The position numbers and the translations under genes are program-made. A DNA stretch of 56,784 nucleotides, filler included, from Dugesia japonica (Eukaryota), in NCBI GenBank assembly GCA_001938525.1. It is 3 parts of 3 records of this genome, joined end to end, with 100 filler letters (N's around TTAATTAATTAA, not from the genome) between each part and the next. Parts side by side here need not be neighbours in the genome. Positions count along the whole stretch, not along the records: positions 1 to 25,267 come from MQRL01501491.1; 2 more parts are not named here. One strand, 5' to 3'. Under the pieces are notes generated by a model. That model made no database searches, was not told the origin of the DNA, and worked only from the letters and a program-made list of their open reading frames with translations. Positions 1 through 13,250 of the stretch are shown here, one piece after another. Within the stretch, counting starts at the first letter, position 1. Each line of letters opens with the position of its first letter.

Positions 1-1743
1 TAACAAACCATATGTAAAAAATGTTTAGAATTTTATTTTGAGTTCAACAATACCAAATTTGAAATTGTACAATAAAAATTGGTCGAAAAACCTGGAACCA
101 AAAATTTGAATTGTCGACCTTCACCAGCAAAACTTCGTCCGCTCCAACCCGAATTTGAAATTTTTTTCCGTATATGTAACGTCCAATCAAAATCCCACAT
201 TCCTGGATCACTCAAATTACTATATCACTTTGTCGGCGGGGGGAGGTGATCCATTGCGCTCATATCTATCTAGTTACACTCTCACTGCTGTCTTGTTCCT
301 ATCATTCTTGCTTGCATCATTCTGTTTGTGCGTGCACCAACTAGTCTGCATGACTCCTACATAAAGGGCGCTGACTGGCGACTAAGCTGTTCTTATGATT
401 GACATAAGATTCGACCACGTTCACCACCATCTATCATGTCATTATTTGATTTAATTCCTTCCATGCAGAAGTCTATTCTTTGCAAGCAATTGATTGTTCT
501 GTTGGCTTAGGATTGTGATTTCTTTAATCAAACGAACGGATCTTGATTTTCACTACTGTACCTGATCGGCTTCCTTAATCTCTAAGGTTTTTGATGCTGC
601 AATAGCCTTCACTTAAGGTTAAATAGATATCAATTAGTCGTTCAATCTTTAAAATTTGATTAAAAGAAAAATTTATGGATTAAATTAGACCTATGTTTTA
701 CTTAATAAAGTGAAACAGGGAACGTAAAAATTAGTGAACTCAACTATGACATAAATAAGACTAAAAGAGTAAATATCTAAAACTGAAATCCCACTAGGCT
801 TATTTTATGAATCCAATTATGATTATATTATCACGAGGTCCTCAAAGTAAACAAAATTTTCTATGTAAAAAAAAATTAATAGTTCTTTTTGATGGAAAGA
901 TATGCTATCGATAAAGTTTGGAAACCATTGCTATATATTCTATTACTATATATTTTTCAGAGGTGGGGATGCCAAAAATGAATTGTGTTTCGGGCTACGC
1001 CACTGCACTAAGCATTACTAAAATTAAAAAATATAAAAATTAGTTATTCAATAAAAAATAAAATCATTTTCTTATTATGCAATTATTTAATCGATTNNNN
1101 NNNNNNAAATTTTCGTATTATTAAATTATTCACAAAGTCAAAATAAACTCATTCCCACATTATTAAGCTGTTTGACCGATTTCATTAAGGAGCATTTTCA
1201 TATTATTAAATTGTTTATTCAATTAAAATGAATTCATTCCACATTAAAAAATTAGTTAATCGATTGAAATTAAGTGCATGTCAACACTCTTGAGTCACAC
1301 ATCCAATTAAGGTAGGAATCCTTCGAGTATTATCGATTTGCAAAATCTAATCGTGGATTTAACACTACAATTAGTTAACTTTCTTTCTCTCGATGAGTCA
1401 GATAGAGCATCTTAGATATTACTCCAATAATAAATCTCTATATCCCCTATAGTAATTTGCTGATAGAAAAATCAATGATCGACTATTTTCCATCGTTTAT
1501 TGTGTCTCGCCGTTTATGTGTTACACATGTGAGAATGATATTTGAATTTTTTAATTTCAAAATTTATATGCGCAACTAAAATATTTATAAAATTTTTGAA
1601 ATTTAAAATATTTCAAGAAAATATTTAAAATAATTATTGCGCATATTTGTTTGAATATTAAAACTTTTCTAATTCAGTTTTTCAATTCATAGTAACTTTG
1701 TCTTAAATAAATGTTTGATGAGGATAGCGTTTTTCTTGTTAAC

Positions 1744-3897
1744 ATGGCAACCACGCTAGACTCAAACTTAGAAACAGATTTGTTACGCCCGAAACCTTTC
1801 AAGTTAGGCGACAATCTTGACAGATTCTTGAAGGACTTTGATCAATTCTTCAAAGCGGCCGAAATTCCCAAATATTTACAAGAGATTGTAATTGGTAAGA
1901 TGATTGACCCGAAGTTTGAAGAAAGATATGAAGCATCAGAGAACAAAGTCAATGGGGTATGAAGCTAAGCTACGATTACTGTTTGAAATACCAAAAGACG
2001 TTTTTGAAGATCTAGAAGAATTCATTCGCTACAGGCATGGTGATACCGATAATAAGTTATTTTTTCACGATGTAGAAAAACTGGCAAATAAACTGCTTAG
2101 CCATAATCTGTTAAAAGAGCTACAAATATAAATAAATATAAATAACTATAAATAAACGCAGAGGCATAGAAGAAGTCAAAAAAATATATTCTGAGGAAAA
2201 AGGTTTCCGAACCGGAAGAAATAAAAGAATCAACCAAAGAATCAACAAATATCAAGAATCACCAAAAAGACAAAAGGAATAACCATGAAGTTTACAAGAA
2301 GGCATTATACACGGAACCAAAAAGATCGCTACCAAGGATGCAAGAATCAACCTTCAAAGAGCAGAATACCAGAAGGGAGTTTAAAATAGAGAAAGTAAAA
2401 TTTTGGACCTGTCACAAATTGGGACACATAAGTTTGGAGTGCCCAGAAATAAAGCTTCCTACATGCTACGAATGTGGAAGTGTAAGGCATCAAATAAGAA
2501 AAACGGCATATAAGAAAACAGTGCAACAAGATAAAGTGCAAAAAATGCAACAAGAACGGTCATAAAACTGAAGACTGTTTCACAAAGATGGATTACAAGA
2601 GACGGGATATAAGAGAAAAGAGTTCAAAAAAGCTCCCATTTCCGAGTAGGCATGTTAACATCAATGCAGTAGAAGATGATAAGACAATTAATAAAGAATA
2701 TAAAGACGTTATATATGGTAACATTAGATATGAAAAAACGTATATAAATCAAAAGAAACCCAAACGGAGAGGTTTTACCAACAGTGAAAATGGTAGGAGC
2801 TTTAGAACTCAAAATATCAATAGTTATAGTAAAAGTAGTCATATCAATAATATAGAGGATGATGTCAAAGAACGAGTTTATAATTTTCTAAAGAAAGAAA
2901 TATCAGTAATCTAGCAAGAAACATCAGTGGAACTAAGATTCGCAACAATGGAAGAATGGGGAAAAGGTGTGGTCAGATATGATATAATGCATGGTAGATC
3001 GAGTATTGCGATTAAGATCCAAAACATACAGTTTGAATGCCTACTGAATACCGTAGCAAAAATTAATGTGATAGGTATGAATGTGTTTAACAAATTCAAG
3101 GATGTCCTGTTATTAACAACCAAGGACAGACTTTGGTGCGCTAACGACAGTCCATTAAGTACCAGAGGAATATTTAAGGTTGAAGTGAGGATTGGCAATA
3201 CTTGTAAACGGATTAATTTCATAGTTGTGGAAAAGATGATCCCTAGCATAATTGGTGGCATTAAGTTGCAGACCAGGTTTTGATTAGAACTTCATTGGAT
3301 AGATACAGCAGAAAAAGATAATCAAGATAGGATTTCCAATATCAAGCCGCATTTTGGAAGGATTATTACAGATGAAGAAAGATGTCAAAAAGGTATGAGT
3401 GAGATAAATAAATTAGAAAATAGTAAAATCAAGAAGTTGCTAAGAAAAAATTCAAATATCTTTATGGCAGATAAATGGGACATAGGATGCACCAAATTGG
3501 TTAAGCATGAAATTGTAACAAAAGGAGGACCTAAAAATGTTAAGCCATGGAGGTTACCTATGAACCTAGAGGATAAGATAAACGAAGGAGTACATAATNT
3601 ATTTGAAAATGNAATTATATAAAAGTGCAATTCAACTTGGAACACCCCGTTGATATGTATCTGGAAAAAAAGAAAAGAAAGACACCCAAATCCATCTAGA
3701 TTTTTGACAGCTGAACGCTATTACGGTAAGATAAGCATTTCAAATGCCAAATGTAGAAGAGATTCTGGATAGATTAGGAGGGTCAAAATTCTTCAGCTCA
3801 TTTGATTTAAGTAATGTTTACTATCAAGTAGAAGTTCATGAAAATTATCGCTAGAATTGGAGACAAATTATTACCCATTGCAAGACCGATTAAAATG
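1744..3897 (+). mobile_element. Decayed Ty3/Gypsy LTR retrotransposon (gag, CCHC knuckles, protease, start of RT)
   Basis: AACA|TGGCAACC LTR-end/PBS-like junction at 1741-1752. gag 'PKPFKLGDNLDRFL', zinc knuckles 'CHKLGHISLEC' and 'CYECGSVRH', protease 'CLLNTVAKINVI', RT-proximal 'DIGCTKLVKHEI', 'WNTPLICIWKK'. Many frameshifts and stops; ends at a gap. Confidence 0.9.
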
Positions 3898-4654
3898 NNN
3901 NNNNNNNNNNNNNNNNNNNNNNNNNNNNNNNNNNNNNNNNNNNNNNNNNNNNNNNNNNNNNNNNNNNNNNNNNNNNNNNNNNNNNNNNNNNNNNNNNNNN
4001 NNNNNNNNNNNNNNNNNNNNNNNNNNNNNNNNNNNNTAGATTTATTACACTTAATGAACCCAATTCATCATCACTCTTCCAGTTATAATTTTTAATTCTT
4101 TTGATAAACTCAAAACTATTCTTTAAATGTGCCGGAATAAAGCTTTATAGTGATTAAAATATATCTGCCAAACGTTTGCCTTAATGCTGTAGAAGGAGTG
4201 TCAGAAGCGTTTACAATAGGTCTTCCGTTCGCTGTTACTATGTAATCTTTAGGAAAAGAGTACATCAAGGATGAAACTGGTTCATGACATTTAACTGTTA
4301 AAAGTAAAGATTTTATTGGGTCTTCATATTTTTCTGATATTTGAATTAATTGTTTTTTGAATTAAATTTTTTCTGTAGTTCATAGTCTTTTGTGGGCTAT
4401 TGTTTTACAATTATTTAAATGTTCAGGAAATAGTTCAATGTATGTTTATTCAGATAAAGCTACCAACTAATTTGATTTTTTTTGTAGGTATAATGATAAG
4501 TGATTTTAAATTTTTAATTTCTTTGATAATTTGATTTTCATTACTTTTTTTATTATTATTNNNNNNNNNNNNNNNNNNNNNNNNNNNNAGTTTAAATTGA
4601 AGGTCTTTATTGATAACAACATTGAGGACCTTCAATTTAAACTATTACTTAAGT

Positions 4655-4745
4655 CAATTCCTTACGAAGACAAAGTCGAAATACAGAATTGTTATCAAAA
4701 ACCAAAATAACAAATTTTGATAGAAGCTTTTATTTTGAATGAATT
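4655..4745 (+). ncRNA. Hammerhead-ribozyme repeat, copy A (core mutated)
   Basis: CAATTC-CTTACGA-A-GAC-AAA-GTC-GAA-ATAC-A-GAATTG followed by the family tail (..ttttgatagaagcttttattttgaatgaatt). Confidence 0.7.
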
Positions 4746-5087
4746 ATAAACTTTTATTTTAATAAAGTATGCCGAATAATAACATGAATTTATTTTTAAT
4801 GTTTTTGAAGTATGGTATATTATTAAGAGGGTTTAAATGAAATTAAAATACTAATATGTAGTCCATTTCAAAAAAGGATTGTTTTACGCAATTGTTCATA
4901 CTAACCTAGTTAAAACTAACCGGGTTTCACTGTAATATAATATTAATAATATTAAAATAATATGATAAAATTTTCTTTGAATTTATTTTACTCCAATCAT
5001 TTATAGAAAGTTAAGGAGCTAGTTTTTTTATAATACTTTTTGATTGCATTTTTAATTCTCATAATTTTATCAATGTTTATTTTTAAG

Positions 5088-5285
5088 AAAATCTTCCAAA
5101 TTACTCCTTTGAATTTGATTGAATGGTCTGCGGTAATGAAAATATCAATTCCGGTGATTGTGATTGATGAGACAATGAAGTTCATATCTCGTAAATCTAT
5201 GGATGATGAACCTTTGATGCAGGGTGCTTACGCAGTATTCCTAATGTGGGCTGCTTATTTTGCATTGTTATTTTTATGTCCATAA
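5088..5285 (+). CDS. SERCA: Terminal exon of sarco/endoplasmic reticulum Ca2+-ATPase (last TM helix plus hydrophobic C-terminal extension)
   Basis: ttttaag acceptor at 5081-5087. [35 protein letters not shown] matches the SERCA C-terminus (IFQITPL..QW..VLKISLPVILLDE.LKFVAR). Stop at 5283-5285. Confidence 0.9.
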   Translation, partial: KIFQITPLNLIEWSAVMKISIPVIVIDETMKFISRKSMDDEPLMQGAYAVFLMWAAYFALLFLCP

Positions 5286-5454
5286 CATTGAGCATGATAT
5301 TTGGCATGTTGGAATTTAGTCGTAGACTTGACCAGATTGTTAAAATGAAACATGTTTATGTGATCTAGGATTAAAAAATACTTTAGAAATCCGTGAATTT
5401 TATTTGAATTCTTTATAAATATAAAATGTACTGAAATTATTTTGAATTTTCTAT

Positions 5455-5455
5455 G

Positions 5456-5521
<66 letters not shown>
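5455..5521. repeat. (AAT)n microsatellite running into a gap
   Basis: Direct reading. Confidence 0.95.
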
Positions 5522-5867
5522 NNNNNNNNNNNNNNNNNNNNNNNNNNNNNNNNNNNNNNNNNNNNNNNNNNNNNNNNNNNNNNNNNNNNNNNNNNNNNNN
5601 NNNNNNNNNNNNNNNNNNNNNNNNNNNNNNNNNNNNNNNNNNNNNNNNNNNNNNNNNNNNNNNNNNNNNNNNNNNNNNNNNNNNNNNNNNNNNNNNNNNN
5701 NNNAGCCCCGGTGACTCTTACCCGACGTTAAGAGTGCATGAGCGCACCATCTGCGTGTTATTTGGGTTCGTTTACTGCGGCGATAGAAGCCAATTTTAAA
5801 TTAGATGTATAAAATCAATATTAAACGATAATATTTTTATAAACACTATGCAGCATTACAAATGTGG

Positions 5868-6212
5868 TCAATCGTCATTAAAACATAGATCAATGAATTT
5901 TTGACGGGCTTTCTTCGGAGGTAGAATACCCGATGACGTGGAGGGAGAGTCCAATTGTAGCTGCCAAAAACTCTCATTCTCGTGCCGGAGCCACTCGACT
6001 TCCGCTTCAAGTTTCCATATTTGCATACCCTGGGACTCATCTCTCCGAGTATACTCTATATTTTGCTTTCTCAACGTGGAAACTTCTACTGCTAGCATAG
6101 CTATCTTCTCCTGCAAAGATTGACAGGTTTGGGACCAGTTAGTGATTGTTGCGAGCTGACTATCTGTACTGGCGGAAAACTGGACGCCGCGCCAAACGTT
6201 CGGCTGGGTCAA
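5868..6212 (-). CDS. Orphan ORF in a GC-richer island; coiled coil plus basic NLS-like PPKKAR
   Basis: 114-aa open frame with heptad-like pattern and markedly higher GC than the flanks. The TTG start follows a stop, so it may be frameshifted from an upstream ATG (MDENAPEL..). Confidence 0.35.
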   Translation of the reverse strand: MTQPNVWRGVQFSASTDSQLATITNWSQTCQSLQEKIAMLAVEVSTLRKQNIEYTRRDESQGMQIWKLEAEVEWLRHENESFWQLQLDSPSTSSGILPPKKARQKFIDLCFNDD

Positions 6213-6609
6213 CTATTAAAGAGCTGTCGATTTCGAGTCAGTTCGGGAGCATTTTCGTCCATCTAAAGTGGTATAGATTAATTCGATTTAATCTGTCAAT
6301 TCGTTATGCGTTAACGAATTTCATTGGGATTTCCTTACCATTGAAATTATAAGCATGATAACTTGATGGTAAAATGCGAGGTGATTTTAATTGAGGCGAG
6401 GTGTTTAATCAACGTCACGATAATTTCAAGGTCTGGTATAGTTATATTGAAACAATAATGCTATCTTCAAGATTGTTATTTAGAATATTTCTAGTTAGTG
6501 GCTACCTTAGCAGTTGAATATAATATTGAGGTGAAAATTATCCGTCGTAACTTTAATTGCAGTAATTATTAAATTAACCATTGTAGTCATATTAACAATT
6601 ATATTAACC

Positions 6610-6807
6610 TTAATGATGATAACAATAATAATACTAGTAATAATAATAACAATAATAATATTAATTAGCATAATGAAATTGTTACTAGCAATCCTGATCC
6701 TAAGAACAATAATGATAATAGTGATAAGAAAAAATAAATAACAATATTCATAGTGACACTAATAATACAACAAGAAAATCCTAATGGTAATAATAATAAT
6801 AATAATG

Positions 6808-6855
<48 letters not shown>

Positions 6856-7180
6856 NNNNNNNNNNNNNNNNNNNNNNNNNNNNNNNNNNNNNNNNNNNNN
6901 NNNNNNNNNNNNNNNNNNNNNNNNNNNNNNNNNNNNNNNNNNNNNNNNNNNNNNNNNNNNNNNNNNNNNNNNNNNNNNNNNNNNNNNTAATAATAATATT
7001 AATGATAATAATACCAATAATGATAATAGTAATAATAATAATGATAATAATGATAATAATAGTAATAATAGTAATGATCATAATATTAATAATTATAATA
7101 ATTGTAATTGATAATTATAATCCTATCGTGAATAGCATTACTAGTGAAGATAATATTATTAATAATAAAATAAAAATATG
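6610..7180. repeat. (AAT)n and degenerate AAT-rich low-complexity region
   Basis: Direct reading; explains the poly-I/N/L/Y pseudo-ORFs. Confidence 0.9.
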
Positions 7181-8783
7181 AACCGTGCTATTAATAATCT
7201 GAATAATAATAGTCTGGGCATAAATTAGTAATAATATAAATTTTATACATTGTCTATTCCTAATGGGTCTGGATATATGATAATAACTACGATAAACTAT
7301 GATTTGTAAAGTTTATTATCGATTAAGATTTTATGGAAAAACGAAAAAGGCTTAATGCATAATAGTTAATGGATAATATAATAATTAGCATTAAAATAAA
7401 TGAAAGATTTTTTAAAATATTAAGAAAAAATTAAAAATAACTAAATAAACTCGCATATTTTATGGATACATTTAATTGAATTATTAAATAAACATAAAAA
7501 TGACAAATACTAACTACCTTTGACAGCTATGCTGGAACAATATTCTGAATTGAAGAAAATGAAGAATAAATGGAACTGTAATTAAATATCTGAAATAGGT
7601 TTGAGTTTTGAAACTGGGATATTTCTTGACGAATTCGATGGTTTGAAACTGGTTCTCTTCTTGCGAAAGATACGAACGACGATATTCTTCTGATTTACTA
7701 GATGTGGTTATCGTACGGAGAATTTCCCAAAAATGATGGAGTTTCTCAATTAATTTACTGCCGGTTGGATATCGCTTTTATACTACAACTTTGATGAGCG
7801 ATCTTGAATCTTGTCAGGTTAATATCCTGTTTTCTTCGAAGCTAATGCGTTGTCTTCCAAACAATCTATACGTGATTTAACGATGAATCTAATGCTACGG
7901 AGATGAATTGACGGATCCACAGAAGTGTTCGTACAGAAATTGGATTTTCCAAAGATGGTTAAATTTTTAATTTTAAATTTTAATATAGGATCTTCTGGAA
8001 ATTAAAATTTTTAATTAATCTTCTGATTGGCTGGAACGATTGATTTTTGAGTGCAAATTTGATTATGGTTGTTTTAATTAATCCTAATTTAATTAATTTC
8101 AGCTTTTTAAATTAATTAGATCTGTTTTTAAGGGGTAAGTTTTGTGTTTTTCAGGACACTTTTATAGTTGATTTTGATCCTGATTCTAACCTCATTGGTT
8201 ATTCGTTCTGGATTATTACTTAAATTATTTCGAGAAATATTTGATTTTTCAGCAAATGCGACAATTTTATGGTAATTTTATTTTGATTTACTTCTTAATT
8301 TTACCATTTTTTATAGATTTACATGTTATTTATTAATTGGGATCCAGATAATTTGAAAATAATTTGCTTTTCCTCCGAATAGGTCGAGATTTCCTGCAAT
8401 TTGTTGTAGATTTTTTACAAATAAATTTTGTTTTTTAATCTTGTTTTTAGTTTAATTTCTCTGTTTTTCGTTTGCTTTATATTTACTTTGTTTTCAACAT
8501 CGATTGGGTTCTGTCCCAATAATAATTATAATTATATAATTAAATATAAATTATAATTATAATTAAAATAATAATAATTTTAAAAATATTTTTATTCAAT
8601 TCAACTCAGAATCAAAAGCTCTATAGGAATACATCTTAACTTTTTTTCTAAACATGCTTGATTCTCTCAGAAAAGACAGTTGCGCAATAGACAATTTCGT
8701 AATAGGTGTGTATTTGTGACGCAATAAACCACGTGTTACTTAAAATATATTTATAATAATAATAATATTAATAATAACAATAA

Positions 8784-8837
8784 TATTTCATTAAAATAAG
8801 ATAAGGCTTCGATCAAAACAAAACAAAATTTATTTGT
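8784..8837 (-). repeat. Tail of hammerhead repeat family (ribozyme part presumably in the adjacent gap)
   Basis: Reverse complement is identical over ~55 nt to 51151-51205, which directly follows hammerhead copy D. Confidence 0.85.
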
Positions 8838-9479
8838 NNNNNNNNNNNNNNNNNNNNNNNNNNNNNNNNNNNNNNNNNNNNNNNNNNNNNNNNNNNNNNN
8901 NNNNNNNNNNNNNNNNNNNNNNNNNNNNNNNNNNNNNNNNNNNNNNNNNNNNNNNNNNNNNNNNNNNNNNNNNNNNNNNNNNNNNNNNNNNNNNNNNNNN
9001 NNNNNNNNNNNNNNNNNNNNNNNNNNNNNNNNNAGAAAAGTCTTTTAGATATTATAGATATATTATTCTTAGAATTTTTTAATTTTGATTTTTTTGTATT
9101 TTTTTTATTTAAAATTTAAATATAAAAAACACAAAACAAAATAAAAAAAATTTTTTAAAAAATTTTCATAAAAGTACAAAACAAAATGGGCTTTTATAAT
9201 ATCTAAAAGACTTTTCTGTATTAATCAAAAAAAATCTTTTTTTTGAAAATTTTTTGATGTAAAAATAANNNNNNNNNNNNNNNNNNNNNNNNNNNNNNNN
9301 NNNNNNNNNNNNNNNNNNNNNNNNNNNNNNNNNNNNNNNNNNNNNNNNNNNNNNNNNNNNNNNNNNNNNNNNNNNNNNNNNNNNNNNNNNNNNNNNNNNN
9401 NNNNNNNNNNNNNNNNNNNNNNNNNNNNNNNNNNNNNNNNNNNNNNNNNNNNNNNNNNNNNNNNNNNNAAATCTCAAAT

Positions 9480-9535
9480 CCGATCAATGGTTAAGTCCAA
9501 CAATTATTCTCACAATAATTGTAATTATAAAATAA
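9480..9535 (+). repeat. 3' tail of hammerhead repeat family
   Basis: cgatcaatggttaagtccaacaattattctcacaataattgtaattataaaa matches the tails at 39707, 48865 and 50146. Confidence 0.85.
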
Positions 9536-10841
9536 CAATAATAATAATTATTATTATTTCTTTATTTACCCTTAAATACCATATTTTGTCCAGTTTTATC
9601 CTATTTTACTCGATTTTTTCGTGGTTTTGCCATATTTTGACCTATTTAACCTGTTTGACTCTATTTGGTCCTATATGACCATATTTTGTCGGATTTTTCT
9701 ATATTTTCTTTATATTTATGTATTAAGTTTCAAATGATAATAATAACTCATGGTTAATTTTAATGGATAAAGAATTAAGTCCATTACAATTTGAGTTCAA
9801 TATAGGTTTCAACATAAAAAATATGAGTTGTCATATGAAATATAGATATCCCTTTCAATAAAATCCTTCACTATTTACCATCATTTTTGCTTGCTCATTG
9901 GTTTTTGGGCGTGCACCTTGGTTTTCATGGTTTTATTTAAAAACATAATTACCAGTTACATTATTAGTAAAATCAAACTTTAGACTATAACTTAAACATT
10001 TTTATATGGTTTCGATATGGAAAATTAGTTTCGTCATTCAAAAATATTGAACTTATCATAGACAATACGAGCTTTACCATTGTAAAATATGAGTTTGGAC
10101 ATGGAAAATATTTAATAAAGTACATCTAGTCACTAATTATATTACATTTATTGTATACATACAGTCATTTAACATGCTTAATTTGTCTATATTTTATCAA
10201 TTTTCACTTATTTTCCCACCATTTTCATACATTAGTCATTTCCGATCATTTACCTTCTATTTTCCTGATTTACCTCTATTTAGCTATATTTAGCTATATT
10301 TAGCCATATTTGTCTATTTTCTATTTGGTTTTAATGGATATTTTTACTTCATATTTTCAAAGACCCCACTTCACTAATCTTTAAAAAGTGTCATATATCA
10401 ATAAAAGAAGACAATGAGACTGAGCGAGATCTAGTATGATATGCTTTTTATTTAATATAATATAGCTATTTCAGTATATTTTAATCATCTTATTATCCTT
10501 CTGCTTCTTTGTTTACTCCTTGGTTCTCTGGTTGCTCATTGGTTTATTTGCTTGCTCTTTAATTTTAAAAGGTTTCTTTTTCTTTCAAATACCTAATATT
10601 TAGATACAATGTTAAAGAATTATAGTTCAATATAGAAATAACTGATTTTATCATTAGAAATATTGATCTCATCATTGAAAATATTAGTTTCAATAGATAA
10701 AATTATAGTTTCATTATTAAAAACATCGAGTTTATCATGAAAATATTAGTTTTATAATGAAAATATTGGTTTTATTATTGGATATAAGACCATTAAATTA
10801 GATATATTCAATACACTACATTCGGATTACTAGAAAGATAT

Positions 10842-12720
10842 TGGCGCATGGGAACAAAAAATCAATAATTTCACTCAATTTAAACAAAAATAATTCATTT
10901 CACCTCATTTAAACAAAGAAATTCAAAAAATCGGCCAAAGATTATTGTGGGTAAAATATTAGAAGGAGAATGTAAAACTCTACACACCGAAACAACACTC
11001 GGATATGCAGAAGAGTTAAATTAAAATGCAGAAATGTTTGAAAAAGTATCACTCAGACAATTTTCCCTTGAGAAACAAAGAACAGAAGAAGAAATTACAG
11101 ATAATACACTGTAAAAAAAAGTAAGAATGATATAAAAGTTGCAAACAATTACTACGATGTGGTCAAAACATTAATAATACTCGAAAAGAATAGATGTATT
11201 TAGTCGATATAAAATGGTTGTCGGCAAAACTGACATAATTAAACATAAAATGGAAACAATCAAAAGCAGACCAATTTCTTTCAAGCCACGCAGAACACCA
11301 AAAAAAACTCGAAAAAGATGTAGAACATATGGTTAAAGATTTGGTAGATACTGGTGTTGTAAAGCCGAGTACTTTCCATAGAACTTTCTAATTGTAATGA
11401 CGAAAAAGAAAAATGGTCATAACCGTATGTGTGTTGACTGGATGTGTGTGAGCACTGGATGCTAAAACAAACTGACCAATATTTCTAATATTATCATCAG
11501 AGGAAAAATTTGACAGTATTACGAGACCCAACTGTTTTCAACTCTAGATCTTTCGAGTGGATATCATCAAGTGCCAATAACTAACAAAGATCAGGAAAAA
11601 CAGCATTCTACACAAAGTTTGGAAAATACGAATTTATCAGAATGCCGTTTGGATTATCCTCAGCACCAGCAACATTTCAACGACTTATGAATATTGTATT
11701 GTGGAAGGAAAATTAGAAATATATTTAGTAATATATTTAGACAATGTTTTAATATTCGGTAAAACTGTAGAAGAACACAATGAAAGACTAGATCAAAGAC
11801 TAAAAACAATAAAAGAAGCTGAACTTAAATTATCACCAGAAAGAAAACAAATTTCAATGGGCAGATGAAAATAAAGAATAATTTTACAAGCAACGTAAAC
11901 AAAATACAAAATCATCAGTACTAGTTTTGCCAACAAAAATAGCAAATATATCTTAAATACAGATGCTTCTCTCAACGCAATTGACGCTATAAATTTTCAA
12001 GTATAAAATGGTAAGAAACAAATATTATAATATGTATTGAAAACACTAACAAAATGTTAGAGACAGTACAAGTAAAAAGCTTCTGGCAATATATATGTCT
12101 GTTCTCAAGTTTAAGCACTATTAAATGGGATTACAATTTGTGGTACCAACAGATTATCAAATATTTAAATTGATGCTTAATTAGGAGAGCCCAAATACGT
12201 GGCAATACTGCATATGGGATGCTGAATTAAAAATGTTTGATATGATCGTAGCTTTTAGATAAGGTTATGAATATACTAATGCTGATACATTTTCATGATA
12301 ACCAGATTGTTAGTAGTGTTTAATAAAACATGAGGATCCAAAAAGAAAAAGAAACGTTTTAATATACAAAACAACAGATAACGATGAGTAACAAAGTATA
12401 CGCTCAGAAAAGGTTATAAATATAATAAACTAGGAAAAAAATGGAAACAAAGAAAATATATAAATATATGAATAATACTACAGGCTCTAGATACAGACGA
12501 GAAAACACTTCGTGACGTAGAGAAATAAGGAAATACAATCGTATTGGGAGAAAAAGTAAGAACTGCAAATTCGAGGCGAGATTCTATATTTAAAAAATAA
12601 GGAGAAATATTTTCTTATTGTGCTCACATATAAAAGTAAAGAGGGGAAGATGGTGAGATCGACATTGTTAGGTAAATCTTCAATTGTTGATTCATTTTGA
12701 AAATCAGAACTCATATTGTT
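10842..12720 (+). mobile_element. Heavily decayed Ty3/Gypsy pol (RT, RNase H)
   Basis: TGGCGC PBS-like site at 10842. 'LDLSSGYHQV', '[21 protein letters not shown]', 'IYLDNVLIFG', 'LNTDAS', 'HTNAD'-like motifs in broken frames. Confidence 0.88.
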
Positions 12721-12899
12721 AGACATTTTTTATTTNNNNNNNNNNNNNNNNNNNNNNNNNNNNNNNNNNNNNNNNNNNNNNNNNNNNNNNNNNNNNNNNN
12801 NNNNNNNNNNNNNNNNNNNNNNNNNNNNNNNNNNNNNNNNNNNNNNNNNNNNNNNNNNNNNNNNNNTAAAGGACTAATAGTGAAAAGTTAGTGCAAGTT

Positions 12900-13250
12900 A
12901 TCTTAAAAGAAATGAGCGCATCAAATCGTGCACTTTACCTTAAAATCGATCTAGTTTTGTGAGATGTTAATAGATTTGGATGAAATTTATGTTTTTTGAA
13001 AGGGTAGATGTTGTCGCAGATGATGGTATTGGATTTGGGTCGAGATGGTAGATTATTGATTTCATTTTTTGTGTTTAAAGCTGTAAAGTTAATAAGTAAT
13101 ATACTTTGAGAAAATATATTTTATTCCGAGTTGAAATTATCTTTATAAGAAAGAAAAGATTCGTTTTATAAGAAAAAAGTATTTTTTGATTTTTCCGATG
13201 CGTGTGTGTAAGTACTTTGGAAAAATCGAAATTAGAAAGGTTTGTATGAG
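12900..13250 (-). repeat. Diverged copy of the repeat at 18470-18720 (probable Penelope-like element linker region)
   Basis: Reverse complement shares ordered blocks with 18509-18660: ttacacacac, atttcaactc, aaatcaataat, cccaa..c..taccat. Confidence 0.5.

Noticed and set aside
905-1006. Isolated hAT-like ends (tttggaaaccattg; ggctacgccactg)
   Set aside because: Partner termini were not found, so the elements could not be delimited.
6665-7181. Poly-I/N/L/Y ORFs and other ORFs spanning N runs
   Set aside because: Produced by microsatellites and gaps.
7600-8500. Possible additional Penelope RT relic on the minus strand (IQNE*PMRL, SIH..IVKS)
   Set aside because: Motifs are too eroded to support by eye; needs a profile search.
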